A stretch of 59,828 bases of DNA, filler included. It is 4 parts of 4 records of this genome, joined end to end, with 100 filler letters (N's around TTAATTAATTAA, not from the genome) between each part and the next. Parts side by side here need not be neighbours in the genome. Positions count along the whole stretch, not along the records: positions 45,258 to 50,489 come from SRR2962707_3107; positions 50,590 to 59,828 come from SRR2962707_3119; 2 more parts are not named here. One strand, given 5' to 3'. The number at the start of each line of letters is the position of its first letter. The first letter of the stretch is position 1. This document shows positions 48,574 through 58,335 of the stretch, piece after piece. Both the position numbers and the translations under genes were made by a program. Under the pieces are notes generated by a model, which did no database searches, was not told where the DNA came from, and saw only the letters and a program-made list of their open reading frames with translations.

Positions 48574-50461
48574 GATGTGGGTCTTTTTTTGGTTTGCTCT
48601 TCTTCTGTTCCTTCGTTTGCTTGCGACCGAGAAGACCAAGCCAAAACACACAAAAAAAGAAGCTCTGACTTGGAGAAAAGTGAGAAATATTAGCACACGC
48701 CCTTGCCGTTGGATATTACAATGTTACACTCCAACCTCGATGCCAGTGACAACGGCGTTTGAGTTTCAGGCTGGAAGTTACTTGCCAAGGTTTGTAGTGT
48801 GTGTGCAGGGAAAGCAATAAAGTGTTGTGTGCTGTGTGTTGTGCCGAGGGTGCGCGTGTGCGCTTTGAGTGTGCTTTGCGTGTGCGTTGTGTTCGGATGC
48901 GCGTGTGAGCCAGCAGCAGGTTTCGAGCCCCACCTTCCTAGTTTCCCCAAACCAGCCAGCCACCCACCCACCCACCCACTCCTCCCTCCCACTCCCCAAC
49001 TCTCGAGCCAAAGTCTGCGAGTGCGCGCGTCACAAAGAAACAAAACGGAAAAGGCGAGCTCCAAACCGAGGGACGGGAAGGGAAGGGAAGGGAAGGGGGT
49101 GGTCGCTGCTGCAGGACAAAGCTCGCAACTCACTCCCACGCACTTACTCACTCACTCGCTCGCTCGTGCCCTGGCGCCACAGCAAGAAGCCAGTCCTCGA
49201 GAAAAACTCAGAACTCGCCTGCTCCTCACCAATCGCTTGGAGACCCAGACTCACGACGGTTGCGCTCGCCAGGGTTGGAGCTTACGCTCACACCAACAGT
49301 GACATTTCGACGCTCCGCTTGCAACTTTTCGTAACCCGTTCAAAACGCACAGTTTATAGTGAGTTAGTGGGGAGAACTGACAGATTGTGAGCGCAGTCAC
49401 TCGGAAATATGTTTGCAGCCGCGAGCCGACACCGAAGAAGGCACCGAGGTGCCCGGCTACGGTGTGTCGTTTCAGTTGTTAGGCCCAAGAAAGACCCGGC
49501 CACTCCGTAAAGAACTTTTGAGAAAAACGCCGAGCGATGGCCACGGACTGGCCGCGGAACGAGCAGCCCGCCACCCGCAGTCTGAGGGGCCTTTTGTAGG
49601 TAGACGGTACCGTAACGGCTGAGACCCGAGAACAACAGAGGGGCTGGGCGGGGAAGCGTAGAACGATACTATTTGGGAATTGTAGGAAAGTGGGGGAAAC
49701 GCCTCGAAACGATTCGCGGTGTGCGGGCGGGTGAGCGACAGGGCTTGGCGAAGCGGCTTTGCAGATAGTTTAGTGGGCATGGACGGGATAGTACATATGT
49801 GTACTACAATACCCGAAAAACGGTCGAGGAAAGGTTGTCTGGTCATTCTGGCCGACCTCCTGGCTTTTGCTCTTTCAAACCGGGTATACTAAGCTCCACA
49901 CTAGCTCCCACATCATCCACTTTTTTTCGTTAATTTACAAGTAAAGCTGCTTCCTCAATTACATTCAACTTTGCGTATTTTCAGCCTTGAGACACGTAAA
50001 CAGAATGTGTAAAATATGCACTAAAGTGTTCCCTATTCGAATGGCCCGAGTGCGGTTCAGAGCGGGAGCCTGAAGCTTCCGGAAGAGAGCCGGACGAATT
50101 GCCGCTGCTCACCCCCCACGTCACTACCGCCCAAACAAAAGCTGAAAACGCGATTTTGATAAGCAATATCAACCAATACTATGCGTTTTCAAGGATAAAA
50201 CAGCCACAATTAGCTAGAAAACCTATAAATACGACACCGATCCCCGCGAGGGACGTGGAAAACCACCAACCGTTGCAGGAAAGCGTCCCTGAAGTGTGAT
50301 TTTACCGAAATCACCTCAAAGTCGCGTAGGCGCAGGCAGTTGTGTCGGTATAAAAGTGATTGTACTGGTCCAGTCTGCATCCCCCCTTTTCCTTTGTCTC
50401 CCCTTGTTCGACCCTTTGGAGTATCAACCGCACGCACTTTGTCTGCCTGGCCGACGTGGGT

Positions 50462-50489
50462 GTGAGTGAGGGAGTGAGTGAGTGAGTGA
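50462..50489. repeat. (GTGA)n microsatellite at contig end
   Basis: GTGAGTGAGGGAGTGAGTGAGTGAGTGA. Confidence 0.85.
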
Positions 50490-50589
50490 NNNNNNNNNNN
50501 NNNNNNNNNNNNNNNNNNNNNNNNNNNNNNNNNTTAATTAATTAANNNNNNNNNNNNNNNNNNNNNNNNNNNNNNNNNNNNNNNNNNNN
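50490..50589. other. Artificial contig linker
   Basis: N44-TTAATTAATTAA-N44. Confidence 0.98.
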
Positions 50590-50826
50590 ATCAACGAAGC
50601 CTTCGCCATGGTGGCGATGCTGCCGATGATCGATCTGGGCATCCCCCACGACAAGCTGAACATCCACGGCGGCGCCTGTGCCCTGGGCCACCCGATCGGT
50701 TCCACCGGCTCGCGCATCATCCTGACGCTGATTCATGCACTCAAACGCACCGGCGGCAAACGCGGCGTGGCCAGCCTGTGTATCGGCGGCGGCGAAGCCA
50801 CCGCGGTGGCCATCGAGCTGCTGTAA
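50590..50826 (+). CDS. Acetyl-CoA C-acyltransferase (thiolase), C-terminal fragment
   Basis: INEAFA, NIHGGACALGHPIG, SLCIGGG. Confidence 0.95.
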   Translation: MNEAFAMVAMLPMIDLGIPHDKLNIHGGACALGHPIGSTGSRIILTLIHALKRTGGKRGVASLCIGGGEATAVAIELL

Positions 50827-51029
50827 AAAACGCCGCGTCGTCAGGCAGCGCCCCACAGACCGGGCCACGGAGCTCCTACAGCGGCTCCGTGGCACCCTTG
50901 ATGAGAAGGTGATCAGCGTGCGGATGTGCCAGCGGTAATATCCCGTTGCAACTCCGGCGGCGGCATTGATACGCAAACGCTATCCTGGGGCCTAGAATTG
51001 ACCGATTAGTCATCATTCTAGGGAGTACC

Positions 51030-52832
51030 ATGTCCGCCCTGCCCGTCATTACCGCCGTGGGCGGCATCAACGCCGCCGGCCGTACCTCCATGCACCACGG
51101 CTTCCGCCGCATGGTGTTCGAAGCGCTGGATGCCCACCGACAACAACAGACTCTGGACAGCCTGTCCGCGCTCACCGGCCTGAGCGACCGCCAGCAACTG
51201 CTGAACGCCACCTTGATCCGTGAACTGCCGGAAGCGGTGCGCATCACCATGGCGAGCAACGGCCATAGCGACGCGCCGGTGACTCTGGAGATGCGCAACC
51301 TTGATCTGCCCCACCCCTTGCCGGAGGGCTGGCAAGTCACCGAGCTGAACCGGCATCGCAGCCGGGTCACCGTGCCCGCCGGGGCCGAACTGCGCGCGCC
51401 GGCGGCCATCACCCGGCGGGTCAGCGCCGCCGGCCAACTGCCCAGCGGTTTCGATCCCGCCACTCTGTACGCTTCACGCAACCACCCCCGTGCCTTGCAG
51501 ATGGCCATTTACGGTGTCAGTGACGCCTTTGGCATGCTCGGTATTCCCTGGGATCAGTTGCGTGGCCGGCTGGCACCGGACGAGGTCGCGGTGTTCGCCT
51601 CCAATGCCATGGCGCAACTGGACGACCATGGTCTCGGCGGCATGATGCGCGCTCCGTCGCTGGGCCAACGCACCACCTCCAAACAATGCCCGCTGGGCCT
51701 CGGCGAGATGACCGCCGATTTCATCAACGCCTATGTGCTGCGCAGCCCTGGTGGTACCGGTGGCATGCTCGGCGCCTGTGCCACTTTCCTCTACAACCTG
51801 GAAAGAGCCGTGCACGCGATCCGCAACGGCCGTGCCCGGCTGGTGGTGGTGGGCACCAGTGAAGCGCCGCTGGTACCGGAAGTGCTGGAAGGCTACCGTG
51901 CCATGGGCGCGCTCGCCGAGGATGAAGCCCTGGCGGCCCTGGACGGCACCAAACAGGCCGACCTGCGCCGCGCCTGCCGGCCGTTCTCGGACAACTGCGG
52001 TTTCACCATGGCGGAGTCCGCCCAGTTCGCGGTGGTGATGGACGACAGCCTGGCGCTGGAGTTGGGCGCGGACATTCTGGCGTCGGTACCGGACGTCTTC
52101 GTCCACGCCGATGGCGCCAAGAAATCCATTTCCTCGCCGGGCATCGGCAATTACCTGACCCTCGGCCGCGCCGCTTCCCTGGTCCGTCAACTGCTGGGCG
52201 AGGATGCCCTGCGCAACAACAGTGTGGTGCACGCCCATGGCACCGGCACGCCGCAGAACCGGGTCACCGAATCCCATGTCCTCAACGAAGTCGCCAAGGC
52301 CTTCCACATCAGCGACTGGCCGGTGGCCGCGATCAAAGCCTACGTGGGCCATTCCCTGGGCAGCGCCGGTGGTGATCAACTGGCTTCCGCGGCGGGAACT
52401 TTCCAGGATGGCTTACTGCCGGGGATCGCCACGGTGGACCATTTCGCCGCCGATCTGCATGACAGCAATCTGTCGTTCTCCCGCGAGCACCGGGAGATGC
52501 GGCCCTCGGCGGCGCTGCTCAACTCGAAAGGGTTCGGCGGTAACAACGCCACCGCGGTGATGTTGTCCCCGGACGCCACCCTGGACCTGCTGCGCCGCCG
52601 CCATGGCCAAAGCACGCTGGACAGTTGGCGGGACCGGGTGGCCGACACCCGCGAAGCCGCCGCCGACTACGAACGACGAGCCCTGGCTGGCGAAACCGCG
52701 CCGGATTACTACTTCAACGACGGCGTCCTCAGTGGCGACGACCTGAGCATCACCGACCAGTCCATCCGTCTGCCCGGCTGGGATCAGGCGCTGACCTTCC
52801 GCGACGACCCGGGCTTCGACGACTACCGCTAA
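51030..52832 (+). CDS. fabY: Beta-ketoacyl-ACP synthase, FabY type
   Basis: LPVI..GGINAAGR, HPRALQM, GACATFLYNL, AHGTGTPQNRVTES, KAYVGHS, NSKGFGGNN. Confidence 0.85.
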   Translation: MSALPVITAVGGINAAGRTSMHHGFRRMVFEALDAHRQQQTLDSLSALTGLSDRQQLLNATLIRELPEAVRITMASNGHSDAPVTLEMRNLDLPHPLPEGWQVTELNRHRSRVTVPAGAELRAPAAITRRVSAAGQLPSGFDPATLYASRNHPRALQMAIYGVSDAFGMLGIPWDQLRGRLAPDEVAVFASNAMAQLDDHGLGGMMRAPSLGQRTTSKQCPLGLGEMTADFINAYVLRSPGGTGGMLGACATFLYNLERAVHAIRNGRARLVVVGTSEAPLVPEVLEGYRAMGALAEDEALAALDGTKQADLRRACRPFSDNCGFTMAESAQFAVVMDDSLALELGADILASVPDVFVHADGAKKSISSPGIGNYLTLGRAASLVRQLLGEDALRNNSVVHAHGTGTPQNRVTESHVLNEVAKAFHISDWPVAAIKAYVGHSLGSAGGDQLASAAGTFQDGLLPGIATVDHFAADLHDSNLSFSREHREMRPSAALLNSKGFGGNNATAVMLSPDATLDLLRRRHGQSTLDSWRDRVADTREAAADYERRALAGETAPDYYFNDGVLSGDDLSITDQSIRLPGWDQALTFRDDPGFDDYR

Positions 52833-52850
52833 GGACAGCAGATCGCTCCC

Positions 52851-52873
52851 GCCCGCCGGACCCTCCGGCGGGC
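52851..52873 (+). terminator. Hairpin downstream of fabY
   Basis: GCCCGCCGGA-CCC-TCCGGCGGGC. Confidence 0.55.
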
Positions 52874-52995
52874 TCAATTCTAAAGTTTGGTAAAATCTGC
52901 GGAACCCGGTCCGCAAAATGGGCGAGGGCCTGCTTCGCTGCGTTACCGTGGGGTGCACGGATGTTCCCTCACAATAAGCAGAGAAGGAGTTCTCC

Positions 52996-55434
52996 ATGGC
53001 CGCCTCACGTTCCCGCGATATTCTGCTCTTCCTGATCGGCGCCGTCGTCGCCCTGTTCGGTGTTGCCTTCACCATCGAGGGCGGTTGGCTGGTGTCGGTG
53101 GGTGGCACCTGGTATTACCTGCTGGCCGGCCTCGCCATGATCGTCTCCGGTTTGTTGCTGATCACCGGGCGCCGGGCCGGCGTCGGCATTTACGTTCTGG
53201 TGTTCATTGGCACCCTGCTGTGGACGCTGTGGGAAGCCGGCGGCAACTACTGGGGCTGGATTCCGCGCATGGACGTGGTGATCGGGCTCGGTGTGGCGGT
53301 GGCCCTGGCTGCTCCCAGGTTGCGTAACGGCTTTGCCCCCGGTGCTTCTTATTCTGTCGCGGGGGCGCTGGTGGTGCTGATGGTGGTCGGCCTCGGGCTG
53401 GCGTTCGTGCCGTTCGGCGCGGTCAACCCCAAGCCGGTCCCCGGACCGGACAGTGCCCGACTGGCCACCGCGGTGGGCGACGCGCAACCGGCGGACAATC
53501 CGCACCCCGGCGACTGGCCCGCCTACGGCGGCGGCAATAGCGCGCAACGCTACTCATCGCTGGATCAAATCACCACCGACAACGTCGCCGGCCTGGAACG
53601 GGCCTGGGTCTATCGTACCGGCGATCTGCTGGACCGGCGCTGGGGCGCGGAGACCACACCGCTCAAAGTCGGCAACGACGTCTTTTTGTGTACCTCCCGC
53701 AACATCATTATTTCCCTGAACGCCGCCGATGGCCGGGAAAACTGGCGCTACGACCCCGAAGTATCCGAGGACGCCATTCCCTATACCGCCGCCTGCCGCG
53801 GAGTGACCTACTATCAGGTACCGGAAGAACGTCTGGCGACACTGCCTGGCGGCGCCGGAGACGGCAGTGGCCCGGCCTGCGCCCGCCGTATTTTTTCCGG
53901 CACCCTGGACGGTCGCATCGTCGCCGTGGACGCCGCCACCGGCGAACCCTGCCAGGATTTCGGTAACGGCGGCCAGGTGGATATCAAGGAAAACATGGGC
54001 GATACCCCGCCCGGCTATGTCTCGATCAATTCAGCGCCAGTGATCGTACGGGATGTGGTGATCACCGGGCACCAGGTACTGGATGGCCAGAAACGGGATG
54101 CGCCGTCCGGCGTGATCAAGGGATTCGATGCTCTCACCGGCGAACTGAAATGGGCCTGGGACGCCGGCCGGCCGGAGCAAAGCGAGCCCCTCAGCGGCGA
54201 CCGGATCTACACCCGTGGCTCGCCGAATATGTGGACCACGGCGGTGGGCGACAATGCTCTGGGTATGGTGTACCTGCCGATGGCCAACTCCGCCGCCGAT
54301 TACTGGAGCACACCGCGCAGCGAAGCGGAAAACAAATGGGCGGCGTCGCTGGTGGCGCTGGACGCCAGCACCGGTAAACCAGCCTGGCACTTTCAGGTCG
54401 CGCACAAGGACGTCTGGGATTATGACCTGGGTTCGCAACCCTCGTTGCTGGATTTCCCCACCAGCAAGGGACCGGTGCCAGCGATTCTGCTACCGACCAA
54501 GCAAGGCGAATTCTATGTGTTCGACCGGCGCACCGGCGAAGCGCTCACCGGTATCGAGGAAAGGCCGGTGCCCCAGGGCGGCGCCGAACCGGAGCAACGC
54601 AGCGCGACTCAGCCTTTCTCCACCTGGCACAGCCTGAAACAGCCCGACCTCACCGTGCATGACATGTGGGGGATGACGCCGTTCGACCAGATGTATTGCC
54701 GGGTGCAGTTCCACAAAGCTGACTACAGGGGCATGTACACGCCGCCCAACGCGGACCGCCCATGGATCGAGTTCACCGGCTACAACGGCGGCTCCGACTG
54801 GGGCAGCGTGGCGCTGGACCCGTCCCGCGGCGTGATGATCGCCAACTACAACATCACCCCCAATTACAATCGGCTGGTGCCACGGGAGCTGGCCAATCAA
54901 TACGGCTGGCTGCCACGCGGCGAGGGTGACGCCAAGGACCATGGCGACGCCGAGGGCGCCGGCGACCCGCAAGCGGGCACGCCCTATGCGATTGACGTGA
55001 ACGCGGGCTGGCGTGTGCCGTGGACCGGACTGTTGTGCAAACAGCCGCCCTACGGCGGTATCCGCGCCATCGACGTGACCACCGGCGAAACCTTGTGGGA
55101 CCGCCCGTTCGGTACCGCCCGCGCCAACGGCCCCTGGGGCATTCGCAGCGGTTTGCCGTTCACCATCGGTACGCCCAACAACGGGGGGCCGGTGGTCACC
55201 GCCGGCGGTCTGATCTTCATCGCCGCCGCCACCGACGATCTGATCCGAGCCATCGACATCACCACTGGTGAAACCATCTGGCAGGATGCCCTGCCCGCCG
55301 GCGGCCAGGCCACGCCCTTGGTGTACGAAGCGGACGGGCGGCAATATCTGATGATCGTCGCCACCGGCCATCATTTCATGGAAACACCAAGCGGCGATTA
55401 CGTCATCACCTACGCCCTGCCAAAACCCGACTGA
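52996..55434 (+). CDS. Membrane-bound PQQ-dependent dehydrogenase, glucose/quinate/shikimate family
   Basis: 5 N-terminal TMs, DWPAYGG, QRYSSLDQIT, ACRGVTY, HKDVWDYD, LPAGGQATP. Confidence 0.93.
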   Translation: MAASRSRDILLFLIGAVVALFGVAFTIEGGWLVSVGGTWYYLLAGLAMIVSGLLLITGRRAGVGIYVLVFIGTLLWTLWEAGGNYWGWIPRMDVVIGLGVAVALAAPRLRNGFAPGASYSVAGALVVLMVVGLGLAFVPFGAVNPKPVPGPDSARLATAVGDAQPADNPHPGDWPAYGGGNSAQRYSSLDQITTDNVAGLERAWVYRTGDLLDRRWGAETTPLKVGNDVFLCTSRNIIISLNAADGRENWRYDPEVSEDAIPYTAACRGVTYYQVPEERLATLPGGAGDGSGPACARRIFSGTLDGRIVAVDAATGEPCQDFGNGGQVDIKENMGDTPPGYVSINSAPVIVRDVVITGHQVLDGQKRDAPSGVIKGFDALTGELKWAWDAGRPEQSEPLSGDRIYTRGSPNMWTTAVGDNALGMVYLPMANSAADYWSTPRSEAENKWAASLVALDASTGKPAWHFQVAHKDVWDYDLGSQPSLLDFPTSKGPVPAILLPTKQGEFYVFDRRTGEALTGIEERPVPQGGAEPEQRSATQPFSTWHSLKQPDLTVHDMWGMTPFDQMYCRVQFHKADYRGMYTPPNADRPWIEFTGYNGGSDWGSVALDPSRGVMIANYNITPNYNRLVPRELANQYGWLPRGEGDAKDHGDAEGAGDPQAGTPYAIDVNAGWRVPWTGLLCKQPPYGGIRAIDVTTGETLWDRPFGTARANGPWGIRSGLPFTIGTPNNGGPVVTAGGLIFIAAATDDLIRAIDITTGETIWQDALPAGGQATPLVYEADGRQYLMIVATGHHFMETPSGDYVITYALPKPD

Positions 55435-55447
55435 CCCCGGGGATCGG

Positions 55448-55468
55448 GAGCCCCCGGGCCGGGGGCTC
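55448..55468. terminator. Inverted repeat between convergent genes
   Basis: GAGCCCCCGG-G-CCGGGGGCTC. Confidence 0.5.
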
Positions 55469-55480
55469 TCCCGTGCGAAT

Positions 55481-58081
55481 CTATAATCCCACCCCGAATG
55501 CCGGTGACGCCCATCCCTGACGGGAGCCGCCGGCATCGCCGGTGAACGGCGCCCCGCCGGTGATCACCTGCTCCGCGGTGCCGTATTGCAACCAGGTTTC
55601 GGTGGGCACCCGCCCTACTCCCGGCAGACTGTAATCACAAACTCCGTCCGGGAAAATTTCCGCTACCTGCGCGGCGAAGGCGTCCGGATCGGGAATCCCG
55701 GACAACAGCCCGGACGGATAATCCGCCGGGTCCACCGGTTTCAACTGGCATTTATTGACCAGGGTGGTGATGTCATCACCGGCCACGGTGCGCGGCGTGC
55801 CGAAGCGGGTCTGCACCACGGTTTGCTGCAACCCGGCGATAATATCGGTGATCGGCGACAGCAGATCACCGACGATGCCCGGCAGCCCCAGCGCGCTCAG
55901 ATCCAGACCGCACACCTGGGCGGTGACCGCATCCACCACCACCCCCAGTTCCGGCGGCGGCGGTGGCAGCAGGGACAAATCCAGCCCTGGAATCAATGGA
56001 TCCGGATACAACAAATTACCGGTGAACGGCACGATGGGGCCATCGGCGCCCAACAGCGATGACACCGACAGGCAGCGGTCACGTGCCTGAATCGGCTTGC
56101 GCGCCACCACTTTTTCCTCGATGGCTCCGGGCTCCGAATCGGCCTCGATATCGGACAACCAGCGGTCCATCACCAGCAACGCCTCGGTGGTGTAAACAGT
56201 GTCGCCGGCCAACGGAAAGGCGCCGAACCAGATCACATGATTGTCGGCATGGCCCTGGGTACGTATCAGTCGTTCGCGCATCTGCCAGGAATGGTAGGCG
56301 TCGTGGGCCAGCCCCGGATCCGGGCCGCGCAGATCGATGATCGGCACATTGGCGAGATGCTCGGCGGTGTTGATGGCGCCGGTACGGTAGGCATTACGCA
56401 GCGCTTCCGGGTCGGCGACGGTACGCTCCGGTCGATGACGAATGTCCACGTCGAAGCCGCCGATCTCCCGATTCACGGTGAGAAATTGCTGTGGCGTGAT
56501 GGTGCCATCGCGCAGTGCTTCCAGACCGTATTGCACGCCCACGTTATCCAGCGGAATACCGGCGAATCCCCGGCCGAGCGCCTGTTCGTTGGCGCTCCAC
56601 ACCGACGGCGGCCGGGTGCCGAACTGATTCACCATATAGTCGATCAGGCCGCAGCGCAGCCCGTCCGGCCGATCTTCCGGGTGGTACACCGGCACGCCGT
56701 CCGCCAGCCCCGGACACTGGTCCTGGGCCGGGTATGCCGAGGGAAAGAACGCCAGATCGGAGACCACCGGATTGACCGGCAAATGCCCGTAGAACGCCGA
56801 CCACTGCAGCGCCGGAATCGTCCCCGAGGTCAACAGCGAGGTGATCACCGACAGCAGGTCGGTGGGGTTTTCCGGCAACTGGTTGCCAAAATAGCGGCTG
56901 AGCAAATGGTAATCGGCGAACTGGCTGGCGGTGGTCCACACGTCCGGATAAGAGCACTGCACGATCAGCCCCTGATAAATACCCGGATAGGCATTGGCGA
57001 TATGTTGCTGGGCGATGGCACCGCCGGAACACCCGGTGCCGATGGTGTAACGCAGCGGTCCATACTGCTCGACGATGCGCTCCTTGGCCATCATCAGCGA
57101 TTCGGCGGCGGTGACCAGGTTGACGTTGTGCCCGAGGTTGGCCTGAGCCGTGGACAGAGTGATGAAGCCGCGCCCCAGCGCCACGGAAATGCTATCGCCC
57201 AACAGCATCTCCGCCCCTTCCGGCGCGGTACCGGCAATGTCGCCGTTGGGCGGTTCGCCGGGGCCATAACTGACGCCCACGTTGCCGCCGTGATGAATCA
57301 ACAATTTGCCGTTCCATTGCGGCTGCGGTGCCAGCGCGCTCCAGGATTGATCCGGCTGGTACAGCGCCATGATCTGGTAGCGGTCACGGTTGATCACGCC
57401 GGTTTCCACGCGAACGATGAACGGCACCTCCACGTCCTGGTCGGTGGTGACGCTAGCGATCTGGTCCGCCGGCGGCGGGTTGTCCGGGTCATAATCCTGG
57501 AAAGCACCGGGCAGTCCCGGGTTCATCGGATCGAAGCCGGTGATCAGCGCTTGCAGGCGGTCCGCCGGCACATATTTGAAGCGGTATTCCACCGGCTGGT
57601 TGCAAAAGGCGTCCTCGGCGGCGGCATTGGTACAGGTCCAGGGCTGGATTTGCGGACCGGAGAACACCGGCCCGCCGATCGGGTGGTTGATCAGAGTGCG
57701 CTGCAACAGCGAGCCGTCCGCCAGTGTCACGGTGACGGTGTTCTCGCCTTCCGTCAGGCCGCCAATCAAACCGCCCAGGGTATCGCCGGTGCGATGAAGG
57801 CCGGCGCCGGCATCCCGCTTGCCCACGGTGACGCGGGCGCCCTCCAGCAAGGCGGGATCATCCACCACGATGTTGATCAGAGCGTCACCGCCGCTGATCA
57901 GATCGGCGCGGTTGGACAGCACCTGGATCTCACCGTCCGCCCACACTGTTTCCCCCGGCTCATCCGGTCCATCGGGATTGGGGGAAGGGGCGGGATCACC
58001 GGAAGACGAGGACCCCGAACCGCCACACGCGGCCAGGAGCAAACACAGACCATAAAGTCCGATCGAAGACAGCCGTTTCAT
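55481..58081 (-). CDS. DUF6351 / tannase-like alpha/beta-hydrolase lipoprotein
   Basis: LAAC lipobox, SNRADLISGGD, WNGKL, GTGCSGG nucleophile elbow, CGLID, FPDGVCDY. Confidence 0.78.
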   Translation of the reverse strand: MKRLSSIGLYGLCLLLAACGGSGSSSSGDPAPSPNPDGPDEPGETVWADGEIQVLSNRADLISGGDALINIVVDDPALLEGARVTVGKRDAGAGLHRTGDTLGGLIGGLTEGENTVTVTLADGSLLQRTLINHPIGGPVFSGPQIQPWTCTNAAAEDAFCNQPVEYRFKYVPADRLQALITGFDPMNPGLPGAFQDYDPDNPPPADQIASVTTDQDVEVPFIVRVETGVINRDRYQIMALYQPDQSWSALAPQPQWNGKLLIHHGGNVGVSYGPGEPPNGDIAGTAPEGAEMLLGDSISVALGRGFITLSTAQANLGHNVNLVTAAESLMMAKERIVEQYGPLRYTIGTGCSGGAIAQQHIANAYPGIYQGLIVQCSYPDVWTTASQFADYHLLSRYFGNQLPENPTDLLSVITSLLTSGTIPALQWSAFYGHLPVNPVVSDLAFFPSAYPAQDQCPGLADGVPVYHPEDRPDGLRCGLIDYMVNQFGTRPPSVWSANEQALGRGFAGIPLDNVGVQYGLEALRDGTITPQQFLTVNREIGGFDVDIRHRPERTVADPEALRNAYRTGAINTAEHLANVPIIDLRGPDPGLAHDAYHSWQMRERLIRTQGHADNHVIWFGAFPLAGDTVYTTEALLVMDRWLSDIEADSEPGAIEEKVVARKPIQARDRCLSVSSLLGADGPIVPFTGNLLYPDPLIPGLDLSLLPPPPPELGVVVDAVTAQVCGLDLSALGLPGIVGDLLSPITDIIAGLQQTVVQTRFGTPRTVAGDDITTLVNKCQLKPVDPADYPSGLLSGIPDPDAFAAQVAEIFPDGVCDYSLPGVGRVPTETWLQYGTAEQVITGGAPFTGDAGGSRQGWASPAFGVGL

Positions 58082-58335
58082 TATTATTCTCCGTTTTCAG
58101 TCCCGGCCGGTGCCGGGCCTTTCCCGATTGTTATCCCAACGGAGGCGAAAACACTGTTGGCTGGCGGTTACCGGAGCGTTAACCAAACCGTCATTTTTTT
58201 CACAACATGTACGAAGGTGCCATTATCCCTTGCACTGTCGAATGGCGCCGTCCGCCTTGACCCGCCGCCACCCTCCCCGCGAATATCAGCGGTCGGCCCC
58301 GCTCCGGCTGCTCCCTACTTGCGACAGGACACACT

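Noticed and set aside
47335-48693. 452-aa plus-strand ORF
   Set aside because: Antisense to the GNAT-kinase gene; no recognisable domain.
48690-50489. Short ORFs or a possible ncRNA upstream of the GNAT-kinase gene
   Set aside because: Low-complexity UTR/intergenic sequence; no protein or RNA family recognised by eye.
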